A stretch of 64,000 nucleotides of DNA from Leucoraja erinacea (Eukaryota), in contig NC_073403.1 in the NCBI RefSeq assembly GCF_028641065.1, positions 13,640,001-13,704,000 of the forward strand, written 5' to 3'. The notes under the pieces were generated by a model. The model saw nothing but the letters and a program-made list of their open reading frames with translations. It ran no database searches and was not told where the DNA came from. Every line of letters begins with the position of its first letter. The first letter of the stretch is position 1. The position numbers were made by a program, and so were the translations under genes. Below, piece by piece: positions 61,030-64,000 of the stretch.

Positions 61030-62580
61030 GTGGTGGGTGAAGGGTAATGCTGAGTCCCTGCAGGACATTCTGGGGGGAGAGTGGCTAGAGGCTGTGGTCC
61101 AAAACAACACTACCATCGGAGATTATATCCTGCACGCAGAGTTTAGGAATTAAGAAGATTAAGTGGCAGCACCTGGAAGGTGGTAATCTCTGGATTACCC
61201 CTGGTGCCATGTGTCAGTGAGTACAGAAATAGGACACTGCACCAGACTAAGTGGGACGCGTTGGGTCCCTGCCACACGGGAGGCTTGGTCCCCTCCCACT
61301 ATCCCATTTTGCCCATCACCCCTTCTACCCCTCCCCACCCTGTTGCACTCCACCACCCCTTTATCCCACTCCCTCCCTCTCTTTCCCCCCTCCCTCCCCC
61401 TCTCCCTCTCCCTCCCACATCCCTCTCTCCCCTCTCCATCCCACTCTCCCCCCCCCTCCCTCCGTCTTCCCTCCCCCCCCTCCTGCGCTGTGGGCCGGGC
61501 TGCGGCACTCCCTCTCTCCATGTAACGGTGTGGTGCGTTAGGGCTGCTCTCGGTGTCCGCGCCCGCGGGCCGGAGCCACTGAGGCGCTGCCCGTCCCAGG
61601 ACCCGCAGTGTCTCGGCGCTTCCGACTCCTCCCCCCCCCCCCCCCCCATCTTCCTCTACCACCCCATCTGCCTCCATATTTCTCTCATCCTCTTCTCCTC
61701 ACTCCCATTCCCTGTCCCAGCACCTACCCAAATTGTAGAATAGCGCCAGGGCCTGGAACTTGGCCTGGTTCTCGCACTCGGACCGGCCCTGGCTGTAGGC
61801 GGCCGAAGCACTCGCGGACCTGGGCCTCGATGGAGCCGGGTTCGCTGTTCCGGTGGTGGGGTGAGGGTGGCAGGCAGCCATGCCAGGGCTGGGGAGGCTT
61901 TGCTGCAGGATGGCAGCCCCCGAGGCGCTGGTAAACCTTGACCCAGACCCTGGGCTTCAGCCCAACTCCAGCCCTCAACTCGGCTACCGCCTGGGCTTCA
62001 ATCCAGGCCCCGGCTTCATCTCCGGGCTCATCCCTGACCCCGGACCCATACTCATCCTTGGTTCTAGCCCAGGCTCTGTCCCTGGGATCGTCCTTGGCTC
62101 CAGTTCCTGGGCTCGGCCCGCGGCAGCACCGTCCCCACCAGGTACTGTGCGGCCGCAGCTCCTTGGGCGATGGCGGCGCCAATCCTTCACCGTGGCGACC
62201 TCCAGCCAATTGACAGCGGACACGGCCAATCATTGGGCCAGGAAGTGACTGACAGGACAGGAAGTGACTGACAGGACAGGAGAGGAGACCAATCTATAGT
62301 TTTTTGCCTTAATAACATTTACAATATACCATTGATCGAAACAAAACTTCTTGCACTCGCAGCACAGGAGAACGGTGAAAGCTGGCAAAACATCGTAGCG
62401 CTTTCGAGTACCGTTTTTGCGAAAATAGAAAAACCACACACAAACCGGAAGAACACAAGATTAGAAGTTTAGTTATGTATAGATGTGATTGCGTAGCAGG
62501 AGATGATGGTGGAGATGCGCAGGGAGCAGAATCCTTGGTCATTACGACTGGTTTTGGGTAAAATGTTAACACTTCCATAA
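61030..62580 (+). mobile_element. CR1 ORF1 (esterase-like) remnant interrupted by a GC-rich insertion
   Basis: KVVISGLPLVPCVSEYRNRT before 61241; ccttggtcattacgactggttttggg (LGHYDWFW) resumes after ~62485. Confidence 0.6.
61241..62484 (+). mobile_element. GC-rich non-autonomous insertion, possibly Helentron/DINE-1-like
   Basis: Starts accagactaagtGGGACgcgttggGTCCC (short subterminal hairpin), ends tttagttatgtatagat; no TSD seen; interrupts a CR1 ORF1 remnant. Confidence 0.5.
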
Positions 62581-63015
62581 ACTTTAATTTTAAACCTAAA
62601 CTAAATAGGGGTTTTGGAAGAAAGTTGAGTTGATCAGGTTAGATACAAGGGTTTTTTGAAGATAGCCAGGATTGAGGTGAACTTGTGAAAGATAATCTAG
62701 GACATTCTTTTGTGTAGTGAGGGCTGAGTATAAAATTGCATAGCCTCTATCAAATACTGGGGATCTGATTCCCAAAGGAAACCTAAAGCAGGCGTCACAG
62801 ATTTTAAAGTAGCAGAAAAAATAGATTAAAAATGAGAGCAGTTTCTAGACAAGATTAGATCAGAGGTAAGGAATTTTCTTCCACCCAGGGGTGGTGGGGT
62901 CTGGAGCTCATACCTGAAAAGATGGTGAGAGGCATAAATCATCGACACATTTGGAGAAAACATGGATGTGCATTGCAGGATCCATGACTTGCAGGGTCAG
63001 GAGCCTACTGGAGAA

Positions 63016-63195
63016 AAAAAAAGGACACCAATGTTGGAGTAATTCAGCAGGTCGGTCAGGCAGCATCCCGGGAGAACATGGATAGGTGATGTTTCAAAAT
63101 GTCACCTATTCATATTCTCCAGGGATGCTGCCTGACCCACTGAGTAACTCCAGCACTTTGTGTCCTTTTTGTAAACCAGCATCTGCAGTTTCTTG
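63016..63195. mobile_element. Fold-back Penelope-derived mini-element
   Basis: Inverted arms ggacac...ggataggtgat and gtcacctatt...gtgtcc; TSD-like TACTGGAGAA (63006-63015) and TACTGAAGAA (63196-63205). Confidence 0.8.
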
Positions 63196-64000
63196 TACTG
63201 AAGAACGTGGGGGTAAAGCTGGGTAGCTTTTTCTTTAATCAACACAAATATGATGGTTCTACTAACTTCCAATGTTGTAAAGTTTCTATGCTTTGATTCT
63301 ATAACAGAGGTGTGTAAATAGCCTTTGTTGCTGTTTTTTTTTAATTGTATCAATATTTACTTGTACCCAAATGTATGGTTTCTCGGTGTTATTGTTTGGT
63401 ATGGTTATTTCCCCAGTTGGCGAATTGCTTACCAATGTTCAAAGTTCACTTGCAGCATGGTAATTGTGCCACAGATTCAAAAAGAGCCATGGGAACATGA
63501 TGCACGCATTAGGAGCTAGACTCAGGGGGGAGTGGAAACTTGTCAAGGCTGGGAAGAATTATACAAGTAACGAATATCTGCAAATATTTTCTTAACATTC
63601 TAGGTGAGCGATACTGAAACCCGGCTGGAATGCTTACTAAACAATAACAAGAACTCTGACTTCTGTGCTCCTCTGACTTCATTTGACTGGAACGAAGTGG
63701 ATCCAAATCTCTTGGGTAAGGAAGAGCTGCAGGCTATGCATTGTCTCTCAGCTAATTAGATACCTTCTGGGACTCTGGTGATGGGTGCCTCATAATTTTG
63801 CACAATTAGATCCAAAAACCTTCCATGGATTTTGGGTAAAACCTTTATAATGATGCCAGACTACTTAGAGCAGATGGATTGATTGCCCAGGGGAGGTCTG
63901 TGGCTGTGACTGAATAGTCCTTCCTTGATGTGTTTGCTGGTTTATTGTACAGATCTTTTTGTAATGTTAAACAGATGCTTAAAGTTGAATTTGAGACAGC

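Noticed and set aside
61180-62248. Several 100-187 aa Pro/Gly-rich ORFs
   Set aside because: Products of C-rich and GC-rich low-complexity sequence in an inserted element; no domain or splice support.

Overview
Vertebrate nuclear DNA, most likely a cartilaginous fish (skate/ray/shark), inferred from V-SINE/HE1-type SINEs, CR1 LINEs and Penelope-like repeats. It carries three + strand genes: CCDC47 (non-coding exon 1 plus 12 coding exons, 477 aa), TACO1 (probable non-coding exon 1 plus 5 coding exons, 310 aa) and the first coding exon of DCAF7/WDR68. The first ~7 kb look like the long 3' UTR of an unidentified upstream gene. Introns and intergenic DNA hold CR1 and Rex1-type LINE fragments, a decayed Penelope-like element, a near-complete Tc1 and several non-autonomous DNA transposons, including a triple nested insertion. 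Most notable: (1) two copies of a ~135-bp retroposon whose 5' end folds into a 54-nt CPEB3/HDV-like ribozyme; (2) Penelope-derived fold-back mini-elements with a hammerhead-like core and 10-14 bp TSDs, one in the CCDC47 3' UTR; (3) tandem repeats at all three promoters (75/76-bp higher-order array, 39-bp NRF1-motif repeat, 62-bp GC-box/CCAAT repeat). All calls were made by eye, without database searches.
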